Assembly: GCA_963691875.1 (NCBI GenBank) | Contig: OY829846.1 | Coordinates: 1,408,001-1,472,000, forward strand | Length of the DNA: 64,000 bases | Reading direction: 5' to 3' | Source: Aureliella sp. | GTDB lineage: Bacteria; Planctomycetota; Planctomycetia; Pirellulales; Pirellulaceae | Part shown: piece after piece, positions 1 through 9,281 of the stretch | How the letters are laid out: each line of letters begins with the position of its first letter | Numbering within the stretch: position 1 is the stretch's first letter | Translations under genes and position numbers: made by a program | Notes under the pieces: model-generated | What the model saw: the letters and a program-made list of their open reading frames with translations, nothing else | Databases searched by the model: none | What the model was told of the DNA's origin: nothing

Positions 1-3
1 GGA

Positions 4-315
4 ATGGGAGCTGGTGATGTGAAGCTACTCGCCGGAATCGCTGCCTTTGTACATATCGAACACACTTGGTACATCTTCATCGCGACCACGATTGTTGGTG
101 CTGTGATGGCTTTGATTCAAATCGCATTCAGCGGTCAGTGGACCAAACACTACTTGCAGGCTCAAGCGATTCTTCAAGAGATCGTGACGGTTCGCGATGC
201 GGACAAGCTCTATGAAATTTCGCAAGAGCGTAAGCCGACGATGACATTGCTTCCTTACGGTATCCCCATGACAGTTGCTGCTATTGGCTACTTTGCTTTT
301 GCAGGGCTGATTTAA
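4..315 (+). CDS. cpaA: Prepilin peptidase (A24/CpaA-TadV), C-terminal part; the gene starts before the window
   Basis: Catalytic MGAGDVKL motif, C-terminal LPYGIP motif, hydrophobic segments; lies directly upstream of cpaB and cpaC. Confidence 0.9.
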   Translation: MGAGDVKLLAGIAAFVHIEHTWYIFIATTIVGAVMALIQIAFSGQWTKHYLQAQAILQEIVTVRDADKLYEISQERKPTMTLLPYGIPMTVAAIGYFAFAGLI

Positions 316-350
316 GAAACCGCTTAAGTTGCTCGTCAGAATTTAAATGT

Positions 351-390
351 GAAAAAGGGGCTCGGTTTGCTATCGTGCCCCTTTTTTTTT
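351..390 (+). terminator. Intrinsic terminator, probably bidirectional
   Basis: AAAAAGGGGC...GCCCC stem followed by nine T residues, just after the cpaA stop. Confidence 0.8.
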
Positions 391-829
391 GAACGTGCGA
401 CCGAAGCTTGACGCTTGCCATGGGTTTTACGGTCAGGTAACGCATAGGGATCGGAAACGGTGCAAAATGAGTCCTGTGATGCAGGCATAAAATTACGAAT
501 ACCGCAATTGAAATTCGTTCCGATTGTTCTGAAGAGGCAAAGTCCGACGATGACTAGCCGGCGAGACGACTTTGTAAGCAGACCTTGACGATTAGCGAAA
601 CAAGTTCGCTCACACAATGCCTACGTAGAGAGCTGTATTCGACTAAATTTTTCTCGCGATTTAGCCAATGACAGCTTTCTAGTGCTCGTGTTCTCCGACC
701 GAGGACGCGGCCAACAAAAGATACGCCAGAGAAACCGGACTCAAACGGCGAATTCAGATCACTTCGAACCACAACAACCTGCACGAAGCAGTGTGATTCG
801 TCCGGACTTTGCATTGAAGGCAATCGGCG

Positions 830-1891
830 ATGAAGGCTAAGACGCTTATTCTACTTTTCGTTGCGCTTGGATGCGGCATGATCGCCGCAGTAGCGGTTAG
901 CAAGGCTGTGATGGACAACGGTTCAGGCCAGCCTAAAGAGGCCATGGTCGAGATCTTTGTCGCCGCCAGCGATCTCACTGTGCACTCTGAGATCTCAGCG
1001 GACAACGTCAAGCTTCAAAAATGGCCCAAAGCTCGTCTGCCTGAGGGCAGCGTTTTCGAACTTAGCAAGATCGAAGCGAAATTTGCTAGCCAAAGCATTT
1101 TTGCGGGTGAGCCAATCCTAGAAAAGAAGTTGACTGATAAACGTGGTGGATTGACCTTCACGATTCCTTCAGGCTACAGAACGTTCGACATCAGCTGCAG
1201 CAAGTACTGGATCAAGACGGGTGACCGAGTGGACATTATGGGTGTCTTCCATCCAGGCGGCCGTCAGGCTCCTCCCGAGACTCGGTACGTGATGCGAAAT
1301 GTCAAAGTCCACAGCATCAATGGAAATCCGATTCGTTCCTCCGAAGATTCTGAACAGACCGCCAAGTCGCAACGCTATCAGCTGCTGGTGAAAGAGGAGC
1401 AACTGGAACCGCTGACGCTAGCAAATAAGTTGGGAACGCTTGATCTTCATGTTTGCCCGTTCGAAGAAGGATTCGAGTCGGAAGACATCAGTGAGTTCAT
1501 GAACTGGATAACGCAAGAAGCAGTTGCGGAAGAAGAGGGTCCTGATGACTTATTTGAAGAGTTGAATGCTCCCAAAAAATTGCCTGTGGCACAACAAGTG
1601 AGTGAGCAGAAGAATGAACTTTTGCTGGTAACGCCTAACGGCGTCCAACGCTTCGAATGGTCGAAAAACAACCCAGTTCCAACCGAAATTCGATCTGACA
1701 ACGGCTCTGGGGCAATGCCAGCAAACAACGCGCAATTGCCATATGCAAATTCTTATTCAAATTATGGAGGATATGCGCCGACATATCCTGTTAGCACCGG
1801 TCCCGCCCCAGTAGTGACAGACGCACCGGGAGAGCCAGTTGAAAGTGATGCAACCCCTCCCGAGGGTGTTACAAAGCCGCAACCACAGTAG
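830..1891 (+). CDS. cpaB: Flp pilus assembly protein CpaB/RcpC
   Basis: N-terminal TM segment, SAF-like region (IFVAASDL...WPK...GEPIL), GDRVDI motif, Pro-rich tail. Confidence 0.9.
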   Translation: MKAKTLILLFVALGCGMIAAVAVSKAVMDNGSGQPKEAMVEIFVAASDLTVHSEISADNVKLQKWPKARLPEGSVFELSKIEAKFASQSIFAGEPILEKKLTDKRGGLTFTIPSGYRTFDISCSKYWIKTGDRVDIMGVFHPGGRQAPPETRYVMRNVKVHSINGNPIRSSEDSEQTAKSQRYQLLVKEEQLEPLTLANKLGTLDLHVCPFEEGFESEDISEFMNWITQEAVAEEEGPDDLFEELNAPKKLPVAQQVSEQKNELLLVTPNGVQRFEWSKNNPVPTEIRSDNGSGAMPANNAQLPYANSYSNYGGYAPTYPVSTGPAPVVTDAPGEPVESDATPPEGVTKPQPQ

Positions 1892-1898
1892 TGTCTCG

Positions 1899-1981
1899 GC
1901 TGGATGCAAAAGATAGCCATATGAGCCATTAAATCCTTGTCATGGATGACTCGGAAACGCTTGTGTGAGAAACAAGGATGT
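1899..1981 (+). promoter_or_regulatory. CsrA-type GGA sites in the cpaC leader
   Basis: GCTGGATGC (1899), hairpin GTCA-TGGA-TGAC (1939-1950) and hairpin ACA-AGGA-TGT (1972-1981), the last matching the CsrA consensus ACARGGAUGU at the ribosome-binding region. Confidence 0.55.
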
Positions 1982-1987
1982 TAGGCG

Positions 1988-3541
1988 ATGTTTGCAAGAT
2001 CTGCTAAAGCACGATTCGTGTTTCTGAATGTTGCTGCCCTACTCTCCATCGCTCTATTAGCTAGCGTTTCGTGGGCCCAGACACAAAGTCAATGGGCGAT
2101 GACACGATCGCCGATTGGCCTCAACAACAGCGTCCGCCTGCAGTCGGTGCAGATGGTTGTGAACTCCTCTCGTGAGATCACTTCGGAGGAGGCTTTCAAG
2201 CAGGTCACGATTGCCAATCCTGCCGTCCTGAATGCTATCCCACTGGAAGGCGGAAATCGGTTGCAGATCAATGCGCTTGCGACTGGTATCACTACCATCG
2301 ATCTTGTGGGCGTAGACGACACGGTGCACAGCATCGAAGTTATGGTTCTTGGCGACGTACGAGAGCTTGAAGCAGTATTTCGTCAGCTATTTCCTGACGC
2401 GAGCATCAGTGTCATGCCCGTGCAGACAGGCTGCGTTATCAGTGGCAATGTCAGCAATCCTGATCACGTAGAAGAGATCGTGCGAATTGCTGAACTCTAC
2501 TACCCAACTGTCATTCCTCGGATCAGAGTGACTGGAGTCTACACGATTCAGCTCCAAGTCCAGATCATGGAAGTCTCTCGCACCAAGCTCCGCGAGCTGG
2601 GAATCGACTGGGCACTTACTGCAGGCAATACAACGATCGGTCAAGGCGTTGGCGGTTTTATCGACTCAGCCTTCCTTGCCGCAACAGGAACTCAAAACTT
2701 TACCTTTGGCATCGTTGAATCGGACGCAACCTTCTTCGCATCATTGAAGGCTCTGCGACGCAATAACCTCGTCAAAGTACTAGCTACACCCAAACTGGTA
2801 GCACTTGATGGACGTCCAGCCAGCTTCAATGTGGGCGGCGAGATCCCGGTACTCGTACCACAAGGCCTTGGGCAGACCGCTGTTCAGTTCCGTGAGTTCG
2901 GTACACGCCTCGATTACGTTGCGAAAATCAAGGACAACGGTTTGATCGGTTTAGAGATTCGGCCTTACGTCAGCGAAGTGGATCCATCCCGGTCTGTTCT
3001 GCTGAACGGTGTAAATGTCCCAGGTCTTCGCAGCCGCTACCTGGAAACAAGCGTTGAAATCGGTGTAGGCCAAACATTGGCTCTTGGCGGCTTGCTGCAA
3101 ATGCGAACAGAAGCGATCAACTCAGGCGTTCCGGTACTCTCCGATATGCCGTACATCGGATCGTTCTTCCGCTCAACCCGCGAAGAGCAAAACGAGATTG
3201 AACTGCTGATCACGGTCACACCGAACTTTGCTGGACCAATGGATCCACATGAGGTACCACAATCGGCTCCGGGAACTACGACTCGAAGTCCAAACAACAA
3301 AGATTTGTACATGCGTGGCTACATCGAAGTTCCCGTCACAGGAACGGGACATCAAGTAGTGCCAGGTTTAATCACCTCTCCAAGTTTTGGAGGACTTCCA
3401 ACAGGGCAACAACACACTGCACCAGTAGCTGCACCGATCGAGCCAAGTCCTGACTCAGTCAGCTTTGGTCCCAATGCCCCACGTTTAGCAAAACCTACTG
3501 GCTATTTCACCGGCAGCGGCAACGCTTCGGTGGTAAGGTAG
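1988..3541 (+). CDS. cpaC: Flp pilus secretin CpaC/RcpA
   Basis: Signal peptide, pilus N-terminal domain, secretin motifs EVSRTKLRELGIDW, ASFNVGGEIP, GVPVLSDMPYIGSFF and ELLITVTP. Confidence 0.93.
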   Translation: MFARSAKARFVFLNVAALLSIALLASVSWAQTQSQWAMTRSPIGLNNSVRLQSVQMVVNSSREITSEEAFKQVTIANPAVLNAIPLEGGNRLQINALATGITTIDLVGVDDTVHSIEVMVLGDVRELEAVFRQLFPDASISVMPVQTGCVISGNVSNPDHVEEIVRIAELYYPTVIPRIRVTGVYTIQLQVQIMEVSRTKLRELGIDWALTAGNTTIGQGVGGFIDSAFLAATGTQNFTFGIVESDATFFASLKALRRNNLVKVLATPKLVALDGRPASFNVGGEIPVLVPQGLGQTAVQFREFGTRLDYVAKIKDNGLIGLEIRPYVSEVDPSRSVLLNGVNVPGLRSRYLETSVEIGVGQTLALGGLLQMRTEAINSGVPVLSDMPYIGSFFRSTREEQNEIELLITVTPNFAGPMDPHEVPQSAPGTTTRSPNNKDLYMRGYIEVPVTGTGHQVVPGLITSPSFGGLPTGQQHTAPVAAPIEPSPDSVSFGPNAPRLAKPTGYFTGSGNASVVR

Positions 3542-3713
3542 AGTTTGCTACCGGTAATGACGATAAGTTTACTTAGGCTGAGGAAACAAGGCTAACGCAT
3601 TTTCTACACCAGTGTGAGTGGCCGCTTGCAAAAGCTGTTCCTTGTCAGATAGCAAAACGCGCTAGCGAACTTCGAGAGGCATGGAGGGGCTCCGAAAGGG
3701 TTCCAAAGGGTAG

Positions 3714-4937
3714 ATGAGCAACGTTTTACGACTAGCGTTGGTAGATCCCGATGATAGCTCACGGGAGTCCTTAAAGAAGATGCTTCTTGGTATGGACACT
3801 ATTTGGCTAGAAGCCGAGTGTTCGCGATACGAGTTCTTCCCAGATGTTGTATCTCAGTCTTCTCCTGACGTCGGGGTTGTGAGTCTAGATGGAGATAGCG
3901 AGAAGGCACTCTCACTTCTCGAACGCATGCGGCGTGAATCGCCAGAGTGCTCACTACTCGCTGTAAGTGAGAGCAGCGATGGTCAGTTGATTCTGCAATC
4001 CATGCGAGCTGGTGCGAAAGAGTTTCTCACTCTGCCACTAACGCTCGAAGATCTGATGAGCGCGCTGGAACGAATCAGCGAAGTCAAGTTTGGTGGGAGT
4101 AACAGCAACAATCGCAGTACCAAAGTCATTGCTGTCGCAGGGGCATCCGGTGGAGTTGGCTGCACAAGCGTTGCGGTCAATCTTGGTTGCATGTTGGCAT
4201 CACGGCCAGAGTTCACTGTTGCATTGGTCGACTTGGATCTTGCGATTGGCGACGCAGATGTCTTCCTAGATGCAATTCCAGATTACAGCTTGATCGATGT
4301 CACCGAGAACGTATCCCGGCTCGACTTTCAACTGCTGAAAAAGTCACTGACCAAGCACAGCTCTGGCCTCTACCTATTGCCGCGGCCAGTCCAGTTGCAA
4401 GACGTGGATCTGATCACTCGAGAATCGTTACGACGAGTGTTTGGACTTTTGAAAGCCACTTTCTCACACATCGTAATCGACGTATCTAAAGGCTTCACTG
4501 AAATCGATCAAGCAGCTTTCGAGTTCGCAGACGAAGTTTTGCTAGTGGTTCAACTTGACTTGCCATGCCTTCGCAACTTGGTGCGTCTGCAAATGTCCTT
4601 TGATGAAATCGAGGGGCTCGGTGAGAAGCTAAAGATCGTGGTTAATCGAGTCGGATTGGAATCGGGCCAGATCAAGTTAAAAAAAGCCCGTGAAACCATC
4701 GGTCGAGATATATTCGCCCAAATCCCAAACGACTATCGCACCATGATCGAGGTTCGGAACAATGGAGTGCCACTGTTTGAGCAAGCACCAAAGGCTCCGA
4801 TCACGTCCGCGATGCGAGATCTCGCTGATCGTCTAAACGGCGAATCTCAGAACGGAGACTCTGAGGACGGCGCAGAAGGCGCAGCTGCCAGCGGCGGTTC
4901 GAGCTCCTGGCTCAGCTTTTGGCCCAAAAAGTCGTAG
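3714..4937 (+). CDS. cpaE: Pilus assembly protein CpaE/TadZ (receiver domain plus MinD/ParA-like ATPase)
   Basis: Atypical receiver (SMRAGAKEFL), deviant Walker A GASGGVGCT, VDLDL, VVNR and IPND motifs. Confidence 0.9.
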   Translation: MSNVLRLALVDPDDSSRESLKKMLLGMDTIWLEAECSRYEFFPDVVSQSSPDVGVVSLDGDSEKALSLLERMRRESPECSLLAVSESSDGQLILQSMRAGAKEFLTLPLTLEDLMSALERISEVKFGGSNSNNRSTKVIAVAGASGGVGCTSVAVNLGCMLASRPEFTVALVDLDLAIGDADVFLDAIPDYSLIDVTENVSRLDFQLLKKSLTKHSSGLYLLPRPVQLQDVDLITRESLRRVFGLLKATFSHIVIDVSKGFTEIDQAAFEFADEVLLVVQLDLPCLRNLVRLQMSFDEIEGLGEKLKIVVNRVGLESGQIKLKKARETIGRDIFAQIPNDYRTMIEVRNNGVPLFEQAPKAPITSAMRDLADRLNGESQNGDSEDGAEGAAASGGSSSWLSFWPKKS

Positions 4938-5319
4938 TGGGTTTCGCCAGAATTCTTTCGCAACTACCATTCGCCAGAATAACGTTCTGATCTGCAGCCC
5001 GCTGAGCGAACGCGGATTAGCGAGCTTCCTGCCCATTCTCGACTCGTGGCAGGCAACGATCCCGTTTCCATAGAAGTAGCCTCGGTCAACTATGTAGCTA
5101 TCGACACCGAATGAATTCGCCACATAGAACGCGGATTTGACGGAGGCGATAACGATAACAATGAGTGCCAGCAGGCTGAAGTGACAAACCACTTCTGTGG
5201 TCCTGAGTCTGACTGTTCTTGAGTGATATGACATTCGGGCAATGTCTTTCTTTCACAACAACGCTCAACTGCTAGAACATTCCTGAGTATCGCCAAACGG
5301 CAAGACCGACTGGGATGAC

Positions 5320-5530
5320 CGCGAAGCAACTCGAGCACATCCTCATTCTACAGTGGTAGATAGGCACGCTGCATCGCGTTGGGGTTGACAGTGAGTGAGT
5401 TGACCATTTTGCAAACAATGGAGATGGCCTTACCGGGTTGGACGACGCCTTCTACCTCCGCATCTTTCACCTGTCGAACGAGCTACTCGTAGATCGGCGC
5501 CCCGTTCTTTGGATCGATTGCAATCTGCAT
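5320..5530 (-). pseudogene. GntR (YtrA subfamily) regulator pseudogene; 3' limit approximate
   Basis: Hand translation from ATG 5530 (GGAGG upstream) gives MQIAIDPKNGAPIYE*LVRQVKDAEVEGVVQPGKAISIVCKMVNSLTVNPNAMQRAYLPL*NEDVLELLRG. PIYEQ and VNPN..RAY are GntR motifs; in-frame TAG stops sit at 5483-5485 and 5348-5350. Confidence 0.85.
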
Positions 5531-5676
5531 GATTCACTCGACCTCCAGAGTAATGCTGCGTTAGGGCTTACACCGCGAGCATACGGAGAAGCGCCTCGCC
5601 CTACCGGTTTACCAACGCAGCAATTCGGTCTCAGCTCAAGAAGATTTTAAGAGTTTTCTTAGTAACGAAGATCGGC

Positions 5677-6201
5677 CTAGGAATCCTGATCGAACTCACG
5701 GAGCCAATAGTCAACTTCGAAAGCATCGACATCAGGCTCAGAGTTTGAAGGCAGCTCATCATTGCTCTCGGGAGGCGCAACGCTTCGTTCCTCCAAGCTG
5801 TCCCAGTATTCCTCGGCATCCAGCACTCTCGCTTTCCGGGCACGAGCACAGCGTTGCACTCGATGATCGCTCGAGACGACCGTCAAGGTTTTGGGATGTG
5901 GGTGTCCGCGAATTAGCTCTTCCAGCAAGTCATCCGCTTCGTCGTGTTCGCTTGCAAAGAGAACTTGCACTCCAAGCGATTGCTCTGCGCTGTTGACGGA
6001 TGCAGACTCAATTGGACTCGTACTTGCATCGAATACGACCTGGACGTAGCCAAATTCATCATCCGACAGTCGATTCTTCAGAAAGTGCAACATACGGAGC
6101 CGCGCCTGTTGCAGCCAGCCTGGTCCACGACCTCGCCCTACGACCGAGCTCTGGAAGAGCAGGTTGTATCCGTCGATGAGCAATCGTGCCGCCTTTGACA
6201 T
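5677..6201 (-). CDS. NYN-domain (YacP/Rae1-like) ribonuclease family protein
   Basis: LLIDGYNL, VVFDA, ADDLLE and VVSSD motifs. Confidence 0.85.
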   Translation of the reverse strand: MSKAARLLIDGYNLLFQSSVVGRGRGPGWLQQARLRMLHFLKNRLSDDEFGYVQVVFDASTSPIESASVNSAEQSLGVQVLFASEHDEADDLLEELIRGHPHPKTLTVVSSDHRVQRCARARKARVLDAEEYWDSLEERSVAPPESNDELPSNSEPDVDAFEVDYWLREFDQDS

Positions 6202-6228
6202 CTTTCTGGCCTTGCAAGAAGCCGTCGG

Positions 6229-8094
6229 TTACTTGCGAATCTCCATGCTGTCGAACAGCCGATTTTCCAGATCGTAGGCCTGCATCTCAAGCACATTGTC
6301 GTTGATTCTAACCATCGTGTAATGATGACCACGACGCACGGTGTTTTGAAAGAAGGGCCGGAACGGACCAGGGGTCTCGAGTCCTCCTCCACCGCCTCCA
6401 GTAATCATGTAGATAGGTCCGCCGACGGCGACCGCCTCATCTTGCTTCAAGGGCCAAGTTCTTTCATAGGAATGGATGTGACCGTTCCACACGATATCAA
6501 CATTGTACTTCTCATAAAGCGGAACCAGCTTCCGAACTCGTAAGTCGCCGCGCGTGCTCTTGTTCGTCTTCCAAAGATTTCCGTAATCGTTCTCGTCCGA
6601 AGAATAGGGCGGATGGTGGTGGCAGACGATCTTCCATTTGGCTTTGCTTGCGGCCAACTTTTCTTCAAGCCAACGGAACTGTTCCGATCCAGGCTGAACG
6701 TTCCTATTCGAGTCGAGCATGAAGAATTCAGCGCACCCATACTCGAAATGATAATAATATTCAGGCGCTGGAAGCGAGACGTAGTCAAAGTAGTTCTTTG
6801 CATTTTGTTCGTGATTGCCCAGTACGGGATAGAATGGAACGTGGCGGATTAAGGAATGCATGCTTGGAAAGAAGTGCTCTGTCCAGTGGCTGTCATTTGG
6901 TCCTGTCGAAACCAGATCACCAGGGTGCAGTAAGAAGTTCGGTCGCTGTCCCCACGCGAACTCCGCTAACTTGCCTGAAACAGTCGGGTTGCCCTGAGTG
7001 TCGCTAATAACAGCGAAGGCAAAAGGAGTCGAAGATTCTACTGCGGTTGCGAAAGGAAAAACTTCGCTACGAATCTTATCCTGCGCTGAACCAGTTTCGA
7101 CTCGGTAGAAATATTGTGTCCCGGCTTTGAGACCTTCAATGCGAATTTCGTGAACACGTTGTGCGGGCTTACCTTCGAGCAAGTTGGGGCACACAGCAGT
7201 TTCGCCCCAGTAAACGCGGCCACTGCTTGGGCGATTCGTCTTCCACATCACGGTCATGGCATCCTGCGTGCCAAACTGCAGGTAAGGATCAATCTCCACC
7301 TCCAAGGGTTCGTAAATCGGCGCTGCCGGTTTCGAAGCGAGATGTGCACAATGTTCATAGCTATGGGTGACCCACGCCGGTTTGGCTGCCAAGTCGTAGA
7401 TCGCGATCTCATTCAACCTGCCACGATGCCCAAAGAACTCGTCGGCGTCGTGGTACGCGCCGAGGGTAAGTGGTGCCGAAGAAGGGTAGGCAATCTTGCC
7501 AGCTTGCGTGTTGGAAGCAGCGTCCAGCTTTCCGTTCACAAACAGTTGCATAGCACTGCCATCATAGACCGCCACAACATGATAGAGCTTGCCAAGTTCA
7601 TATTTGGTTTTGCCGTCCAAGTAGGTGAGACGTCCTTTTCCGCCCTCGCTGGCCAGTCCAAAAGAGAAAGTTTCCTCGTTGTACCCCAGTACCCAGCCAA
7701 ACTCTTCGCTTCCATTGTCTTGCAAGGCGCTGACGATCCCGCCCCAACGCAACGGCTTGTCTACAGAGACTACTGCGGACAGGGTCATCAGTTCTTGCGG
7801 TAGATCAATCTCAGCTTTGGAATAGTCTTTGGCGATCGTGACTCCAGACCTCCCACCACTCAAGAAAAGACATTCGCCCGCAGCATCATCCGAACCAAGC
7901 ATCTTGGATTTACCAACGACGACGCCGGCGGGCCCCAGCCGAGCATTTACAACCAACTGCCCGCTTGTTTTCTCAATGTCCTGTGAAGAAAAACGCCAGC
8001 GAGCGATCGGGTCTGGCCCATCGTGTCCCAACGCTAGCGATGAAAAGAGGAAGACTATCGCGAGACAGCACGTTTGTGAAAGTAAAGGTCGCAT
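6229..8094 (-). CDS. Secreted purple-acid-phosphatase-like metallophosphoesterase with LamG and FN3 domains
   Basis: Signal peptide; LamG (YHVVAVYDG...LFVNG); FN3 (GLKAGTQYFYRV); catalytic motifs SDTQ, GDL, GNHE, HHPPY, GHIHSYER. Confidence 0.88.
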   Translation of the reverse strand: MRPLLSQTCCLAIVFLFSSLALGHDGPDPIARWRFSSQDIEKTSGQLVVNARLGPAGVVVGKSKMLGSDDAAGECLFLSGGRSGVTIAKDYSKAEIDLPQELMTLSAVVSVDKPLRWGGIVSALQDNGSEEFGWVLGYNEETFSFGLASEGGKGRLTYLDGKTKYELGKLYHVVAVYDGSAMQLFVNGKLDAASNTQAGKIAYPSSAPLTLGAYHDADEFFGHRGRLNEIAIYDLAAKPAWVTHSYEHCAHLASKPAAPIYEPLEVEIDPYLQFGTQDAMTVMWKTNRPSSGRVYWGETAVCPNLLEGKPAQRVHEIRIEGLKAGTQYFYRVETGSAQDKIRSEVFPFATAVESSTPFAFAVISDTQGNPTVSGKLAEFAWGQRPNFLLHPGDLVSTGPNDSHWTEHFFPSMHSLIRHVPFYPVLGNHEQNAKNYFDYVSLPAPEYYYHFEYGCAEFFMLDSNRNVQPGSEQFRWLEEKLAASKAKWKIVCHHHPPYSSDENDYGNLWKTNKSTRGDLRVRKLVPLYEKYNVDIVWNGHIHSYERTWPLKQDEAVAVGGPIYMITGGGGGGLETPGPFRPFFQNTVRRGHHYTMVRINDNVLEMQAYDLENRLFDSMEIRK

Positions 8095-8304
8095 ACTTCT
8101 TGTTACTTTGCGGAGGATATTCGAGGATGGGCCAATAATGCCATTGGCAGAGCATTTTGAGTCACTCGGTCGCTAACGCACAAAAGTCCTGGTATTCTGT
8201 CGTTCGGAAAGAGCGTGCCAGCGGATCTGCATTTTGACTGCTTGCCCCAAGACCCACAATTCAATTGCGATACCCACTGCGGGTTTTCCACGAAAGTTAT
8301 TTCT

Positions 8305-9096
8305 ATGCGGAACCATATAGCCAACGTTGCCTTTTTCGGGCTTCTAGTGACCTGCGCCTTTACTGAGCTTGTCGGTCAAGAACCGCAGTTCGAAATTCGC
8401 AAACTCCCGCAGGAGATTGTGGATGACTCCAAGTTTCTACAGCCAGAGTACTTGCAGCTAGTTCCCAGTGACCTCGAAACGCCGCAAAAACTACCGCTTG
8501 TCGTCTTCTTACATGGCTCTGGCGGTCGCGGTGACGATGTGAAACGCGTGGGAAGGATCGCTAGCGGCTCTCTTCGCTATTTGCAAAAGTACGCGTCAGA
8601 GCCATTTCTGTTCGTTGCGCCACAATGCAGTCGTGGAACGAAGGAAGAGATGGGTATTTGGCAAGCGAAAGATCTAGACCTTTGGCTTGAGCAGGTGAAA
8701 AAGCATCTGCCGGTCGACGCAAAGCGGATTTACTTAACCGGCAACAGCATGGGAGGCTACGGCAGTTGGGTCTGGTCCGCACAATCGCCCAAGACTTTTG
8801 CAGCAGTGGCACCCATCGTTGGGGGCTTGGGGCAAGGCGGTCCAAAGGACGTTTCAGCGGATTTGAAACAATGGGCTGAGAACTTGAAGGACACTCCGAT
8901 CTGGGCATTTCACGGAGCAAAGGACAAAGTGGTTCCGGCCGAGCGATCCGAGAGAATGGTCAAACTACTGAAGGAAGCTGGCAGCTCGAAAGCGAAGTTG
9001 ACGATCTTTCCCGACGAAGGCCACGGTGCCAGTCGCAAAGTTTACAACACAGACGCTATGGCCAAGTGGATGTTCTCTCAGCGGCGACCGAAGTAG
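8305..9096 (+). CDS. Secreted alpha/beta hydrolase (peptidase S9/esterase-like)
   Basis: PLVVFLHGSG, nucleophile elbow GNSMGG, WAFHGAKDKVVP and GH; start taken at ATG 8305, before the signal peptide. Confidence 0.85.
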   Translation: MRNHIANVAFFGLLVTCAFTELVGQEPQFEIRKLPQEIVDDSKFLQPEYLQLVPSDLETPQKLPLVVFLHGSGGRGDDVKRVGRIASGSLRYLQKYASEPFLFVAPQCSRGTKEEMGIWQAKDLDLWLEQVKKHLPVDAKRIYLTGNSMGGYGSWVWSAQSPKTFAAVAPIVGGLGQGGPKDVSADLKQWAENLKDTPIWAFHGAKDKVVPAERSERMVKLLKEAGSSKAKLTIFPDEGHGASRKVYNTDAMAKWMFSQRRPK

Positions 9097-9281
9097 TTGT
9101 CTCGTTCTGGTGCTATTGACGTCGTCCGACTCCGGCGTAGCCCGTGCTCTATCTTCGATGCGACCTGAATTTTGGCTAACATGAAGCTGTGGATTCTCCA
9201 AGATTTCGAGCGGACGGAAGGACTACCAGCCGTTCGCAAATGCTACCGCCTGCAAAACAATCTGCTTGCTAAGAACGACGC

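Noticed and set aside
530..620. c-di-GMP-I riboswitch upstream of cpaB
   Set aside because: GGCAAA is present, but the GAAA-loop stem and the GACGCAAA junction are missing.
5348..5485. TAG readthrough or recoding in the GntR gene
   Set aside because: Intact genes such as cpaB, cpaC and cpaE end in TAG, and the GntR copy has other degenerate residues, so ordinary decay explains it.
5438..5650. 70-aa plus-strand ORF
   Set aside because: It is antisense to the GntR pseudogene and the hairpin, with no protein-like features.
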